Shown here: piece by piece, positions 1 to 14,107 of the stretch
Layout of the letters: each line of letters opens with the position of its first letter
How positions within the stretch are numbered: position 1 is the first letter of the stretch
NCBI RefSeq assembly: GCF_009914755.1
Contig: NC_060925.1
Reading direction: 5' to 3' (one strand)
DNA: 64,000 nucleotides
Source: the human T2T-CHM13v2.0 reference genome, Homo sapiens
Notes under the pieces: generated by a model
Databases searched by the model: none
What the model was told of the DNA's origin: nothing
What the model saw: the letters and a program-made list of their open reading frames with translations, nothing else
Position numbers and translations under genes: made by a program

Positions 1-111
1 GATAGGATTTCAGGGAATGGAAAACTTAGGAATCAGTTGAGTCAGAAAGTCAGAGTAGAAGATTCTTAATAATCAAGGCTGGCCGGCCTTTAAGAGTATT
101 TTGGTGGGTTT

Positions 112-414
<303 letters not shown>

Positions 415-842
415 TAGTATTTTGGTGGGTTTGACACATTCCCTGCTGCAGAGTGTCTTACCGTCTCTGATCAAGTGCACTCAGCCACAGCAGGGCAGAA
501 GCTAAATAATGAGCTAGCAGATTCAGGCAAGGCAACAAGCTAGAACAATGTACTCAGGAAAAATTTAAAAAGTTAATGTTCTCCTCCAGACTAATGAAAA
601 TGGAGACATATGGAAGTTGAAACTCCCAAAACAGTCTACCATAAACAATAACACTGGATATTGACATAGATCACTAAAGTGACTCCATTTCCCAAGTCTC
701 AGGAGAAAATCAATGAAATCTCAACCTGTGGGATGGTTCAGATGCAGCCTTGTATATTACCTTCTTCATCTGACAATTACAACTGTGTGAATGCCTAATC
801 AGTAGTTTCTCATGCAAACCTGAGGTTTCTTTCCACTGAATT

Positions 843-1162
843 CTTTTTTATTTTTTCTTTTTTTTTTTTGGAGACAGGGTCTCACTCTGTTGCCCAGGCT
901 GGAGTGTGGTGGCACAATCATGGCTAATTGCAGTCTCGTCCTCCTGAGTTCAAGTAATCCTCCCACCTTAGCCTCCTGAGTAGCTGGGACTACAGGCATA
1001 TAGACACGTGCTACCACGCCTGGCTAATTTTTTAATTTTTTGTAGAGACAGGATCTCACTATGTTTTCCAGCCTGGTCTCAAACTCCTAATCTCAAGCGA
1101 TCCTCCCAGTCCAGCCTCCCAAAGTGCTGGGATTACAGGCCTGAGTCACCTGCACTCAGCCT
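843..1162 (-). mobile_element. Alu (AluJ-like)
   Basis: T-rich tail followed by a reverse-complement Alu dimer with J-type positions. Confidence 0.9.
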
Positions 1163-1264
1163 CCAGTGAATTTTTGTCGCATATGACATCTGTAGCATTC
1201 ATCTGGCAGGTAGCATATGCCGTCTTATTCTTTCACTCAAGGGTCTAAGCCCTGTCTCACTCAA

Positions 1265-1560
1265 CACACATTCATTCATTCGTTCACTTGCTGTTTCAAT
1301 AGTCAAGTTTATCAATATTAGGCATCTACTAGGCACTGTGCTTGGCATTAACAGTACCTTCTTATAAGACACCATTGCTGCCCTCAAAAACTTTCCATTG
1401 AGGGCAGAGATAGACAGCCAATTAAAACAAAACAGTATTGTTAAGGGTTATAATATGCTGTCCATGGTGTTATGGGACCACAGAGGAGGGACACCCAACC
1501 AGGTTTTAGGTTTAGAAATGATGACATGTAAATTGAGTCTTGAAAGACAACCAGATCATA
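1265..1560. mobile_element. L2 3' fragment
   Basis: (CATT)n-like end and the AGGCACTGTGCTTGGCA motif typical of an L2 3' end. Confidence 0.6.
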
Positions 1561-2454
1561 AGTAACCCGAGGCCAAAGGCCCACTCATATATGCTGAATC
1601 TTCCGAAGTCTGAAGCTCAACTCCCTGTAGGCAGTAGGTATTGGAATGTTTGTTAATTATAATCACACAAAGATGGATAATATGAATCAAGACCATAACA
1701 ATGGTGTGGGTCCAAGATACAAAGAGCAGAATTCCAACTCTCAAGTAGTCTTTGGAATTTTCCCTGTTCATTCTTGTGTCCATCATGCCAATCACAACTT
1801 CTGGCACATCCGTGGCACTCAATAAACGTTTCCTGAATGAATGAGCTTGCTCAGACTCACCAGATCCAATTCAACAGGAAGTCCCATGAGCTCTTATTTT
1901 ACAATACTTCTTGCATCGGTGCCTCATTAGTTTTCTACTTCCATCACCTCTTTTTACTTCCCTTTTCACAATTCCTATATGGACCACTAAAAAAGATGCT
2001 ACACTGGTCTCCCCAATTCTAGGCTCTCATTCCTCAACACTGCATGCCACCACATTTTCTGAAACCTGGGCTTTTCAAATAAAGTATCTATTCAAATATC
2101 TCCCCTTTGCTTACAGAATAAAGCCCAGTATCTTCCAAGTCCTCAAGCCCATTAATCTACCATTGTGGGTGTTTTTACACCCAATTCTTCCTAAATAAAC
2201 TCTGTCCCCAGATATACTTGTTAAGTCACTGCTCTCCCAAACAGTTTTTGGCTGTCCAGATTCTGCTCAAAAGTCTTAATTCAGACCAGTCCTACAACTG
2301 GCAGCTCTTCCTCCAGGTCCTTACCAGTACGAACCATCACCAAGAGTGAGGCCTTCCTTGATATCCTTCTCTGGACAAGGCATGATTTAAGGTCTCTGAA
2401 GCAAGAAGGTCACAATTCACTAAACAATTGCTCCTGGAAGGAACTCCAGAAAAA

Positions 2455-2605
2455 GATAACTACTGGGTACTGGGCTTAAGACCTGGTGATGAAATATGAT
2501 ACAACAAATCCCCGTGACATGTGTTTACCCATGTAACAAACCTTCACATGTACCCGCCCAAGACCTAAAATAAAAGTTGAAAAAAGTCAAAAAGAAAAAA
2601 AAAAG
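2455..2605 (+). mobile_element. L1 3' end fragment (old L1PA/L1PB-like) with polyA
   Basis: CATGTAACAAACCTTCACATGTACCC...AAAATAAAAG followed by an A-rich tail. Confidence 0.8.
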
Positions 2606-3149
2606 AATGTTTTATCTTCCCTCCTGTTGAATAAAATATAGATGTTCTACTAAAAAAGAGAATTTATTAAAGAGTGAGTAGTTTAGTGGGAAAGGCAAAT
2701 AAAGCTCTAACTAGATACAGTGTCTTATGTGCAATGGGATAACAGGGAAGGTTGTCTAAAGCAGATGGGGAGGTGAGGAGAGGGAAGGACCCAGGAAGCC
2801 ATACAGGGAGAGGTGACAAGCAGCAGTCACCCACATGAAGACAACAGTGACAGAGAACATCAAGGACAAAGACCTCCATGGGTTAGAGAGGACAGGAGAA
2901 GCATAGAGTCTGAGGAGGTATAGCTGGAGAGAAGCAGTAAGCAAGGCTAAGGGCACTGTACGCATTTTATTTATTTTTTGTAAACTATCATGGAAATCTA
3001 CATAAAGATGCAAATCTTCTGTGTATAGCTCTGTAAATGTTTACTTCGTAACCAACACCTAAAAATAGAGATAGAACAGTATTAGCTCCCCAGAAGCCTC
3101 CTTCGTGCCCATTTTACCCTCAGAAGTAATCGCTAATTCTGAGTCCTAG

Positions 3150-3509
<360 letters not shown>

Positions 3510-4227
3510 TGACATAAATGGAATCATACTGTCTATGTCTGTCTTCTTTCGTTCATTATTATGCCTGAAAGAGTCATTCACATTATTGCATGCAGATGCA
3601 ATAGATATATATAAAATCTCTTTTCAATGCTCAATGTATTACACTGTATGGATAGACTACAATACATTGTCCATTCAACTATAGTTGGATATTAGGGATG
3701 CATCCTACTGTGAACAACTAAAATAATGCTTCGGTAAGCATTTGTGTATATGTCTTTCATTAACCTGAGCACACATTTATTTGATATATACATAGAATTT
3801 AAATTTTATAGGTCAAAATATCAAAAGATGTGTTTAATGTAGTAGATACTGCAAAAACAGTTTTCCAAAGCAGCTATGAATGAAGTCCTACCAGAAGTTA
3901 TGAGAGCTACAGATGCTCCCCATTTTCATCAATACTTTGGTCACTGTCAATTATTTTATTTTAATTTCAGCCATTCTTGTGTTTGAATAATGGTGTATAA
4001 TTTTGTTTGAATTTTGTACTTCCTTGATAACTAATGACATCAAGCACCTTTTCATGCATTTACTGCCCATTTGATTATCCTCTTTTGTGAAGTTCCTGTT
4101 CAAGTGTCTTCCTCACTTTTCTGTTGGGCTGTCTACATTTTTCTTATTGATTTGTAGGTGCTCTTTACATATCCTGGATTAAAACTCTTTGTCAGAGTGT
4201 GTGCTAAAAATATATTCTTCTAAAGTT

Positions 4228-4231
<4 letters not shown>

Positions 4232-4267
<36 letters not shown>
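4232..4267. repeat. (TA)n microsatellite
   Basis: Perfect TA run. Confidence 0.95.
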
Positions 4268-4272
<5 letters not shown>

Positions 4273-7200
4273 TCTTCTACTTTGTGACTTGTCTCTCATG
4301 CTATTAATCAAATATTTTATACACAAAAGCACTTACTTCTAATATAGTCCAGTTTACTAATCTAATAAATTGGGATTATTAAAACTGCTTCAAAATTTTT
4401 CCTTAGTCAAGTTGATGAAGAATTTTTTTATTACATTTGTTCTAGAAGCCTCATTTCACTTTCCAATTTAGGTTTACAACTCATATTAAACTGATTCATA
4501 TTAAAACACAAATGAATACGTATTTTAATGTGGATATGCAACTGACCCAGCACCCTTTTTTGAAAAGATTATCTCTTTCCCACTGCATTACAGAGTCACT
4601 TTTGTCATAAATCAAGTATCTATCTGCACAGGTCTGTTTCTGCACTGTCTAGTTTGTCAGTTGATCCATTTGTTTATCCTTGCACCAATACCACACTGCT
4701 TTAATTAATCTAGCTTTAGAATAAGTTTAGATGCCTGGAAGCAGGCTTTGTTCTTCTTTTTAAAGATTGTCTTGGCTATTGTTGGCCCTTTGCATTGCCA
4801 TATAAATTTTAGAATCATTTTTCAATACACACACACACAAACTTGTTGACATTTTAATTGGAAATGGATCTACTCTATAGGTCAATTTAGGGGAGAATTA
4901 AAAAGAAGTCTTACCAGCTTTTATTAAATTTATTCCTAAGTATTTGACATATTTATGTTCATGTAAATAGTAATGTTTTTAAGTGTTAGACTGGAATTTC
5001 TAATAACTAAATTTTGCCTATTGGCTTTGAATCCAGTGGTCCTGATAAATCCAGTGACAGTATTAATTCATTAAGTATATCTGTAGTTTATTTTGTATTT
5101 TCAAATGTACACAATCATACTGTCTGCTAGTAGTGATAATGTCGTTACACATTTTCAATTCTTATATTTTCATTTCTTTTTCTTGCTTTATTGTATTGTC
5201 TACTACTTCCGTACAATGCCAACTAAAAGCGATGACCATGGACATCTCTGTCTCACTCACAATCTGCACAGATAATTTTTCAATAGTTCGCCATTAACTG
5301 TGATTCTTTTTAAAGAAATGGTTTATCGGAATAGTAATGATTGCTTTTATTTCTTGTCAGTTGAGAATGTTGTCATGCATGGGTACACAATTTCATCAAA
5401 TCCTTTTTCTTCCTCTGTTGAGATAATTGTATGGTCTTACTCTTTTATCCTATTAATATGATAAAATATAGTAATTGATTTTCAAATTTCATATCAACTT
5501 TGCATTACTGGAATAAAATGAATTTTGTTATGATACATTATCATTATGTATGACAGTATCCATTGCTTATTTTTTTTAAGTATACTTTATCATCTAAACA
5601 ACCTGTCCCTTGAAGGCAGTATTCTTACACTATTAATAGTTTGCATTTTTCTATTTAATCATAACACTGCCATTATATTGTAACTCTGTTTATACAACTT
5701 TAAACATCTTCAGGGAAGGGACCCTGCACTGGTCTTTGTATTTAATAACATTGTTAATAACACAGTATATGTCAAATAAGTGCTTGTTGAATTAAAGACC
5801 TCACAGCTTCCTAACACAGTATCTTTCACATGAAAGACACTCAGTAAATATCTGGTGACTGATGAGTTTGCCAATTGGTATTTTTTTTTTATGTCAATGA
5901 GTCCCATCCTCTCAAATTAACTCCTCATGTTATTGCTGGATCAGACCTAACAACATACTGGCAGGAGCACAGTAATAGCTCAAGTCAGTGAAACACAAGG
6001 CTCTTTGCCTACTCTGGAGGATAAAGAAATATATTTATCACCCAACGGTCATGACATCCAGTCCCATGATGCCCAGGCAGGTAGTTCAACTTGGGCCGAC
6101 TTCAACTGGCAGGCACAGTCAGACTTTCCAATGCAGATAAGGCTACCTGGGAAAGTTTGCCTCATTCTTCACTTAACTCTTTCATAAGGGCTAGATTTGT
6201 GATTTTAGAAACTGGGCTCTTTTTCTTTCCGAGTAAAATTTAAACATGCTTTTTTGGTTAAAAGGGCTATCTCTTAACAGCCACAGTTTGACCTTTCAAC
6301 TGCACCTCAACATTTACGTTGTACCCTAAACTTTTAGCACATAGTCTGTGCAGGAATGGATCTTAAGCAATTGGGTAATTTTAATGTCCTCAATATATAC
6401 AGTTTAAGCAACATTTCTGGTGTGAGATCGTGCCACAGACTCCACGTCTGTCTAACTATGCCATCTATCAGTCAATTCAGTAAGAGAACATAACTTATTA
6501 CAACTACTGCCATGTCCCAGAATTCAAAGGACTCATCAGATTTATTTGGAGAAGAACTAAGAACTAAAAACTGTTACTTAAGTTTAAACCTGAGATAGTT
6601 ATAGAAGTCTATAGAGAGAAGTAAAAACTTTTAGAGAAACTAGCCAGAAATTGGCATGTAGCTATTATATGGAAGAAGAGATGAAAAAGAAAACTTGTAT
6701 TCAATCATCCAGAGCTTCTCAAATTAAATATATTAAATATGATATGTCCCTATGATTATGTTAAAATAAGTCAAGCCACACCCAAGAGAGTTCATAGAAA
6801 CCAAAAATTCTTCAAAAGACACTGCAATGTCAACCTGCAGTGAGAGAAGTCCGTTAGTGGGTAGATATATGTCGACTGTAGTGGTGACAAGGACAGTGAT
6901 GGACATGCCCTGAGATCCACTGGAAGACACTCATGAGACATCTACACTTTCATGTCTTGACTGATGAGTTGGAGGCGGCAGAGAATCCTGCCTCCAACTA
7001 TAGCTTGTCTGTGTTGTTTATCTAAAACCGCAGGAAATGATCCCAGTAAATGTTAATGTTCTTAAGCATTTGCCAGACTCTTTGTTTGTTTGTTGGATTT
7101 TTAAGGGAACATTTTAAAGATTCATTCCCTTAGGTTGAACTCTGTCTTCTGGCGCTTAACGGATCCACCCTGTGGGGTACAGTATTTTCATGGATCTGCT

Positions 7201-8019
7201 CCGTGGGACAAAAATGACATTACATAATATGAGCCTAGACCGCTGTGACCAAGTGTGCTCCAATCCATTTATCCTTTGCTCCTCATGTAAACAATTTATT
7301 CCAGGAGGCAAGTGTGCACTTGGCATTTATTTACTATTCACTGGTAACATAAACTCTGTTTAAGTAGGTGCAAATTCACACTTAGAGGAGACAATCTTTT
7401 TTTAAGTGTGAGGCACTTACTAAATAAATCAAGATACTACGGCTCACTACAGGTGAGAACATTAAGGATTCTGCTTTTATGATTTACCAAATCTGTCTTC
7501 TGCTTTCTCTTTCAAATTTAAATGGGCTTTCTGAGACATCCTGCCGATAAATGAAATGTTGCTTGACTTAATTCCACCAGCACAAGCTGGGAAGAGAAGC
7601 AGAGGTTGGAGAGAGGACAAAGAGTTTGTCTCTGCTAGCAGGACCAGCTGAGAGAGTGAGAACCAGAAAAGTCAGCCTCAGAATGGCCAGCCACAGAGCA
7701 AGCAAGGGCCCCACTAGCCAAGAAGAGTCAGGCCCCCAGATGATGGATGGGAAGCCAGGCAAACAGACAGCATAACAGGCCCAAGACAGTGAGCCAGCCT
7801 TGCCGACCAAAGGACCACTCACTTAGCGTCCAGGATCATCATACAGGCTGATCTCAAATTTGAAATCTGGAAGCTCTTTGGGCAGAGTGAGAGGACTCAG
7901 CCCTAGAGCCAGGCAGCACATGAGAAGTCATATACCTACAGTTACTGTGTATTGAGCATTTAATACAGGCCAAACACTGCACTAAGTGCTTTGTATGCTG
8001 CAGCAGTCTTGTGAGAGCT

Positions 8020-8370
8020 GGTCACAGATGTTCCCTTCCTTCTGGGTCTTAGCTGGATCCCCTTGTGCTACTCTGGAAGTGAGCCTTGACCATGAACCTT
8101 TCTTTGGCCAATACACATGAGTCATATGAATGGATGATTTCTGGGCGGAAGCATTGAAAGCCTAAATCATTACATGATTTTCCAACTGCTCTTTAGCTGC
8201 TTTGGCAGCCACAAAAACAATATCAGAATGGAGCTTCCATTGGGCAAGGCAACCAAGATGAGGATGGTCCCCAGCCAATAGGCACAGGTGAGATATGTGA
8301 GGTGGAAAGTATACTTTCGTGGTGTCCGAGTCTCTGACATTTGGAGAATGTTCGTTCCTGCACTACAGAC
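8020..8370. mobile_element. MaLR LTR (MLT1-like) fragment
   Basis: Degenerate MLT1-type motifs (TTCTTTGGCCAAT, TTTCTGGGCGGAAGCATTG, TTTGGAGAATGTTCGTT). Confidence 0.5.
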
Positions 8371-11300
8371 ATGGATTGTCTTGTTTCATCATGGCAAACC
8401 AGCGACTTCTCTAAGGGGGAACACAGTTGTGCATCTTGGTAACTGTGAGCCCTTTGCCCACAGAATTAATAAGAAATGATATCGAAGTCTGAACCCAGAT
8501 CCCTCTTACCAGAGCTCCTACTCTTAACCACACTTTGACAGGAGCTAATTGAATAAGTAGGAGAGAAAATAAGGCATCTCCATCTTCATAAATAGCACCA
8601 GGAAACCTCCGTACAGTGCAGCTGGCATAAAACCAGGCAACAAAGTAGAGTGGGCTTTGCATCTCTTCCCCTTTAAAAAAGAAAAATGTTCAAAAAAGCA
8701 TACAGCACCAAAGGATGCCAGCCTAACGCCATGTTATCCTCTGGGATAGTCACATCTTATTAAATGGTTACCTCCAAAGCAACCCAGCCCTAGGGAGGCT
8801 GCAAGAGCAGGGGTGGATTAGAGGGTTTGGAAGTAGTCCCTTGCTCCTCTTGCTTTGCTGGACCAGAATCCTTCACTTTTACATTAGACCTAAAGTAAAT
8901 ACAGGATCCTACAGAGAACAGAACTTCCACTGTTTCCCAAGCCTAATGCCTTCCAAAGCTCTGGACATTATGAAGCAGAACAGGAAACAAAAGATTTTAA
9001 CAACCAAGAGCATTATTTGTAACTAATAATACAACATTCTGTGTATGGCCAGCAATTTTACTTTTTCCTGAAATTTCACAGTGGAATTCAAAGTCCAGAA
9101 TTCTTGTTACAAAACACGACTTCCTCGCAGCTTCTTATTCATTATTTTAGTATGGAATGATTCTCTATAAACATTTATTTCTTAGTAAGTGTTCATCTTA
9201 AGTGTCGACCATCCAGTGACAGGAACCATATTTAAAGATTGATTCCAATCCTCAACTAATTCAGGTCATTTTTTTCTTGTCCAACCTGAGAATTGGCCCA
9301 GCAGCCTTTAAATCAGAAAAGAAGAAATAAATTATTCTCACTTTTAGCAAAGTGGGTGGAAATCCATTCTTTGGTTGTCTGCTTTATCTCACATGATTGA
9401 CTTTCAGATTAATCTATCCCTCTGAAGTCTGGACAGAGCCCACACACTGCCACATTTCATTTCAGGGGAATTCTGTTATTATGATGACCAAATATGTGTG
9501 TCATTTGAAGTCATAACTTATTTATTTCCTTAATACTTAGATTGGCTTTTAAAGCACCAGCAAAATAACTGAGTAGGCTGTTTTCAGGCATATGATCTCC
9601 ATCATAATTATTAATTTATTTTTTCAACATCATAAAAAAGTGGCCATCCATTTGATTAGACAGACCAGAAGGGTGTTTTTAAACTACCATATATCACCTT
9701 TGAATTTCACATGACACACTCATCCTAATCCCTGCAACATATGAATCAGAAGGTACCATATATGTTCAGAATGTTGTTTACAATGAAGTCAACATTAGAT
9801 TTTCATGCTTTCTGTAGCAATGATACCAGGTTACATTTGTTATAGGTTTTTGACATCTCAAACATTAATTTCTATTAGAAATTACCATCAAACTACCTGA
9901 AATATTATAGTGCATTCAACATGACGTATATTATAAACAACTAGCTCTTGAATTCAAAAAAAATTTATATTGTATACTAATTTAATTTTTCATAGCACTT
10001 TCTTTAATATTAATTCATTAAAAATGTTCGTGATGTTTCAAAGGAGCAAGAGAATACCACCAATAAATTTATTTAAAGCCCCATTTCTAATTGAAAGGGT
10101 GTGTAGAGAAAAACATCAGAATAGATATATGCATCTCTCATTAAATGTAGTTGAAAAAGTAAAACAAATGCTACACTGATTTAAATATCAAATGAGGAGA
10201 ATGATTTTTTTAAAAATGTATGCAATGCTCTCTTTTGGAGTATCTGAGTGAAGAAGAAAGCATAGATGCTCACACGCTTTCAAATAACCACATCTTCCTT
10301 TCCCTGGTCTCCAATCCTCAGAGGAGGCTGAGCATCCCATACTCATGCAGAAAGGTGAGACTGCTGTGGCACACATGGTATGACTTGATACTTTCAATGA
10401 AAATCTAAAAGTGAGAAAGCATTTAAGTATAATGCGTGCACCGCTCATGACTCAAGACATAGTCATAGAAGGCTGCACCACTGATTTTCAGTAAGAGAAT
10501 AAAGGAAATAGACCAGCTAAAAGCACAAACTGCAAAAGAACATACATTCAGAGTGAAACTAAAACGAAGATACGTTCTATCACCCTCCCAAGGCTAGACT
10601 GTTATCCCTGATACTAAAATCAGCCACATCATTGGTTGATTACATGCTCTTTGCATGTAATGCATAAAGATGCTGTTTGCCCCCTTTAAACTAATAACAC
10701 CACCAGCCCCTTCACTAATTCTGGAGAGGGCATGTTTAATGGATACGTTGCCTTTCAAACAACTTGCCATCCTAGAAACCTTCAGCGACTTCCATAGTCT
10801 TAAGGATATGAGGCATCCCTTTGACATTAGCAAATGGCTCTCTACACATAAAATAGTGCTGTTATCCAACTCAAAGCTTCATATTAGAGCTTTCAGTGAC
10901 TTCATCAGGCCCTCAGAAAGCAGGCACAGACCTTCCTTTCAGATTATTATAATAGAGAAATGCCCCTTCTTCGCGTGTTTCCTCCTGGGAAGAAGCCTGT
11001 TGGTGCTGCAGAGCCCAGGAGGAGTGCTTTGGGGGGCAGATGGGAAGCAGGTCGGTGCAGCAGTTGGAAATGCGTGAGTTCCAGGAGTTCTTGGTCTTAT
11101 CTTTTTTATCATTGTTGGCGTCCTGACCCAAATACAAGGAAACCTCCACATTCCATTAGCAGACTCAATTTGGATTCTGCAGCTCTGCAGGGAGAAATAG
11201 CATCTTCTCCTTAGCTAGTTGTGCTGCACTCTTGAGATAATTCTCTTAGTTTAATTTTAACATTTGGTTTAAGAAGATGCTGATGGATCAAATTTGAAAC

Positions 11301-11379
11301 TGTGGATCCACTAAACGCCTTTTTAGAAGGTTTTTTTTTTTTCTTTCAAAATAGCAAGCCTTAGGAGCTCAACTCCAGA

Positions 11380-13470
11380 GCCAATTCACTTCGCGTGAAG
11401 TCGGCACTCCTTGGGAGTAGAGGTCCCCTCTCACCGGCTCCCACCCTCCAGAGGGGAGGATTTCTGGGGAGCCCGACGATCCGCTCGCTTTTAGCCTTTC
11501 TCCTTGCAACGCGCAAATCTCTCCCTAGTTGGGCTCAAGTAGAGAGGATCACCAACTGCTCATCCCAGCGGACACTCTGCAAAAAACTCTAATGGCTTGT
11601 GCGCGGGTCCACGCTGGTCGCTAGCGGCGCCAACTTTACTCATTCGTTAATTTGCTAGTTTTTGGACTGAGTAAAACAGCCCCCAAAGACGCGGGCAAAC
11701 GCCGCTCTAAAGCCCACTACCATGCAACGCCAGGTTGCTCGGAGCCACGCTGGTGGCACTTCCCCTTCGTGCTCACTCTGCACAGGCACCTCCAGAACCC
11801 CGTGCAAATGAACCCTACCGGGAGACGCAGGTGGGCAGGTCGGGTCGGCAGGGACCAAGAGCCTGAAAGGGAACCTGCCCTCCCCTCCCCGCAGCCCGGT
11901 CATTAAGGCAAGAAACTGCAGGCAGAGAAGCCCCCGAATCCGACCTAGGACGTCGGCGCCTGCCAGGATCCCCTCGCCTGCCCCCCGCGCCCCGCGCGCG
12001 CTCATGCCACCACCACGGGGAGGGTGCATGCGGCAGGTGCCTGGCCGAGGCCCCCGGGAGCGAGTCGCCCTTACGTGCTCCAGCTTGTCTTTCCTCCGAA
12101 GCCAGACGCTGGCGCTGTAGTCCTGCTGCTTGACGCTGCTGTAGAAGTTCGCGCCCACTCGGGTCAGGCTTGGGGAGGGCTCCTTGGGGCGGCTTTTGAG
12201 CCTCATCTGCTCGAAGCCCTCATGGGGGGAGGCCGAGAGCCACTCGTGCTGCCGGATCTCCATCCTGACATGACCGGGCGGCCGCCGGCGAGCAGCGGAC
12301 TCGGGACGGGCGCGCGGGGAGCCGGGCGCGGAGGGCGAGCGGGAGGCCCAGCGGGAGCCGGAGGTGGAGCTGGAGACTGAGCTGGAGGAGCTGGAGGAGC
12401 GAGCGGGCGCGGGGAGCGCGGGGTGCTGAGCGCCAGCTGGGAGCGCGGCCGGGCGGGAGGGGGCGATCGCGGGAGGCGCGGGGCGGAAGGAGGGAGGGCG
12501 AGGTGCGGGCGGGGGCGGGGGCGGGGGCGGAGGGGGACGGACGGGGAGAAGGGGGACGAGAGGGGACAGGGAGGGAAAGGAACCTGCTCCGGGGAGACAG
12601 AAGTGCCCGGTGCGGCGGCGACGTCGCCCGGCGGCTGCGGTCCCGAGCGGGCGCTCCGCTCGCCGGCTCCTTGCGGCACCTACTGGGACCCGGGCCGGCT
12701 CCCGGGGCGGCGGCGGCGGCGGGGGTGGGGTGCGGTGGGAGGGGCCGCGGCTGGCCCAGCCAGCCCGCGCCTGCAGGTTGGTGCAGTGAGGAGCCGCCGC
12801 CGCCCCTCCCGCCGCGCCCAGGCCCGGGCGGCCGCGCTCCCGCTCCGCACCCGCCTTTCCCGAGCAGGCTACACCTCTCCCTGGCGCATCTTTACTGGAA
12901 AGCCGGCAGGCGAGGGGAGAAGTGAGCGCCGTCTCCGCGCCTCCTCGGTCCTGCTGGCTGAGCGCGGGGATGGCTCCGGAGGGAGACACTCAGGAAACCA
13001 CCTCCGCCCTTCCCCCATCTCTATCCAGCGGCGCCCCCTCACCCTGCCCCCGGCTCGCTTGGGCTGCGCCTTCCCCCATTCTGAAAGTTCACTAACTTCC
13101 CACCCCAAGGGACTTAGAGCAGAGGGTGCCCAGCATTCCCCCCTGAAAATAGCCGAGAGACATGTGTTTTCTGGAGCCGTACACGCTACTTTCATCCGAT
13201 GGTGTGGCGATGCAAATACGCCCGGGGGCAGTAGCCCCTCGGGCAGGCACGCGGGACCGGTTGCTCCCCAGCCCTCGGTGTCCACCTAGAACCGGGCTCC
13301 CCGGGCCGCACCCATTCCGATCCTGGGAGGGTGATCCAGGGCTCCTCTGCAACGCTCCGCTTGTGCGGTGACTGTTCCTTAGGTGGACGTGGCCCAACTG
13401 CTGTGCATTTGTTTCTTTTCTCTGTTTCTAGGCCCCTAGGGTCCAGGCTTTTCCTTCGGGGCCCAGCCAA
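11380..13470. promoter_or_regulatory. PLD5: CpG island / PLD5 promoter and 5' UTR
   Basis: Very high GC and CpG density against AT-rich flanks. Tandem GGGGCG GC boxes at about 12507-12530. Overlaps the first exon. The exact TSS cannot be determined from sequence. Confidence 0.92.
12075..12263 (-). CDS. PLD5: PLD5 first coding exon (inactive phospholipase D5, N-terminal 63 aa)
   Basis: Translates to MEIRQHEWLSASPHEGFEQMRLKSRPKEPSPSLTRVGANFYSSVKQQDYSASVWLRRKDKLEH, which I recognise as the human PLD5 N-terminus. ATG at 12263-12261 in strong Kozak context (AGGATGG). Ends at the canonical donor CAC|GTAAGG after 189 nt (phase 0). Confidence 0.95.
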
Positions 13471-14107
13471 GCGTGATGATTATTAGGAATAGGGTGGCTT
13501 GTTCGCGATTAAATCTTCAATCTCTTCATCTTTTGCTATCTTTGGAGTCAACCTCTCGAAACATTTTTTGGTTTTATCTAAATGCTAAACAGCTGGTGTT
13601 CAGGGTGTCTCGTGTCTGGTTAAAAGCTTGGGAAGTGTATGGAAGCTGGAGAGGTATACAGGGGATTTTAGAGGGTGTTGCCAAGGGTAAACTGAAGGCT
13701 CTCTAGCCCTCGGCAGAACTGCCCTACTTGAATGACGGTTTCAAAGACATTCTGGCTGGGATTTCACAAACTTTTAGGAGGACAGGGATTGTGTTTCATA
13801 TCTTTTCAAAGTCTCCATTTAAAAAAATGGTATAGTAAAAATAGTAGTTGAAATAAAATCCTGTGCACATTCAATATGGGGATGAAACAACTAAACACAA
13901 ATACACACATTTTGGTTGTGCTAGGTTGGTTTTCTTAGGAGCTGAACTATATTGTGCAATAGATGCCCCGACCTGTGGGCTATCTCTAAGTCTCATGTTA
14001 TCCTGCAAGATAAATGTTATTAACCCTCCTTTCCAGTGAGGAAAGTGAAGCAGAAGCAGAAATTACACTTCAAAACAAGGATATGAACCAGATTGAAAAG
14101 CTGTGAA

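Noticed and set aside
10670-11214. Cluster of 70-135 aa ORFs in unique intron sequence
   Set aside because: No recognisable homology or convincing splice boundaries, and ORFs overlap on both strands.
11655-12074. Continuation of the 444-aa ORF past the PLD5 exon
   Set aside because: It reads through a canonical splice donor into GC-rich intron. Low-complexity translation with no recognisable protein.
12423-13289. 288-aa plus-strand ORF and other long ORFs in the CpG island
   Set aside because: Arg/Gly/Pro/Ala-rich products with non-AUG starts, as expected from stop-poor GC-rich DNA.
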